Below are positions 63,706 to 64,000 of a stretch of 64,000 nucleotides of DNA, piece by piece (within the stretch, counting starts at the first letter, position 1; the number at the start of each line of letters is the position of its first letter). Under the pieces are notes generated by a model. The model searched no databases, was not told where the DNA came from, and saw only the letters and a list, made by a program, of their open reading frames with translations. This stretch comes from Dipteris shenzhenensis. Lineage: Eukaryota. A program made the translations under genes and the position numbers. The DNA lies in NCBI GenBank assembly GCA_047967505.1, contig CM106538.1; one strand, 5' to 3'.

Positions 63706-64000
63706 CATGGGACAAGTGGTTGCCATTGTTGGAGTTTGCCTACAATGATAGAAAACATTCATCTACCGGGTTCAGTCCGTTTGAGCTGAACTATGGTTAT
63801 AGTTGGAGTACCTCAGAAAGTGCCTAGTGCCGCGAACTTTGTAGTTCAGATGTGGGAGATGCGAGCACTTGCGAGAGCTAATATCTGTCAGGCTATGGAT
63901 AGAGCCAAGGTGTATGCGGATGAAAATCGGTCTATAAGAGTATTTGAAGAAGGAGAAAAAGTTTTTCTCAGAATTCCTTCGCACTCGAAGTCGTTGACTT
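63706..64000 (+). pseudogene. Ty3/gypsy integrase C-terminal fragment
   Basis: WDKWLPLLEFAYNDRKHSSTGFSPFELNYG, then ADENR..FEEGEKVFL. Confidence 0.85.

Overview
Repeat-dense plant nuclear DNA. The PLS-type PPR remnants, TTTAGGG repeats and TE lineages suggest a fern or other non-flowering vascular plant (inference). No intact host gene is evident. The window resolves into nested elements, most bounded by exact target-site duplications (TSDs). A Tat-like Ty3/gypsy with an extra RNase H (1-14616) hosts a three-LTR Ty1/copia (2147-12849), which in turn holds a solo LTR, an intact gag-only LTR element and a MITE. Two more gag-only elements are nested from 14617. The 3' LTR of the inner one is split by a 28.6-kb DNA transposon (18170-46768; 27-bp TIRs, 4-bp TSD AATA; about 13.2 kb without its insert). 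That transposon encodes a decayed Sola1/DUF7869-type transposase and a divergent cargo gene with ParB/DGQH-like and possibly degenerate DNA-methyltransferase-like motifs. It also carries a telomere-repeat-flanked fold-back array of 16-bp palindromes. A full-length 15.4-kb Athila-like element with extra 3' ORFs (28368-43761) sits inside the cargo gene. The right end holds a truncated copia, hAT and PPR remnants, an apparently spliced N4/N6-DNA-methyltransferase-like gene relic (about 59.0-61.8 kb) and further LTR fragments. Family assignments come from motif recognition by eye; no database search was run.
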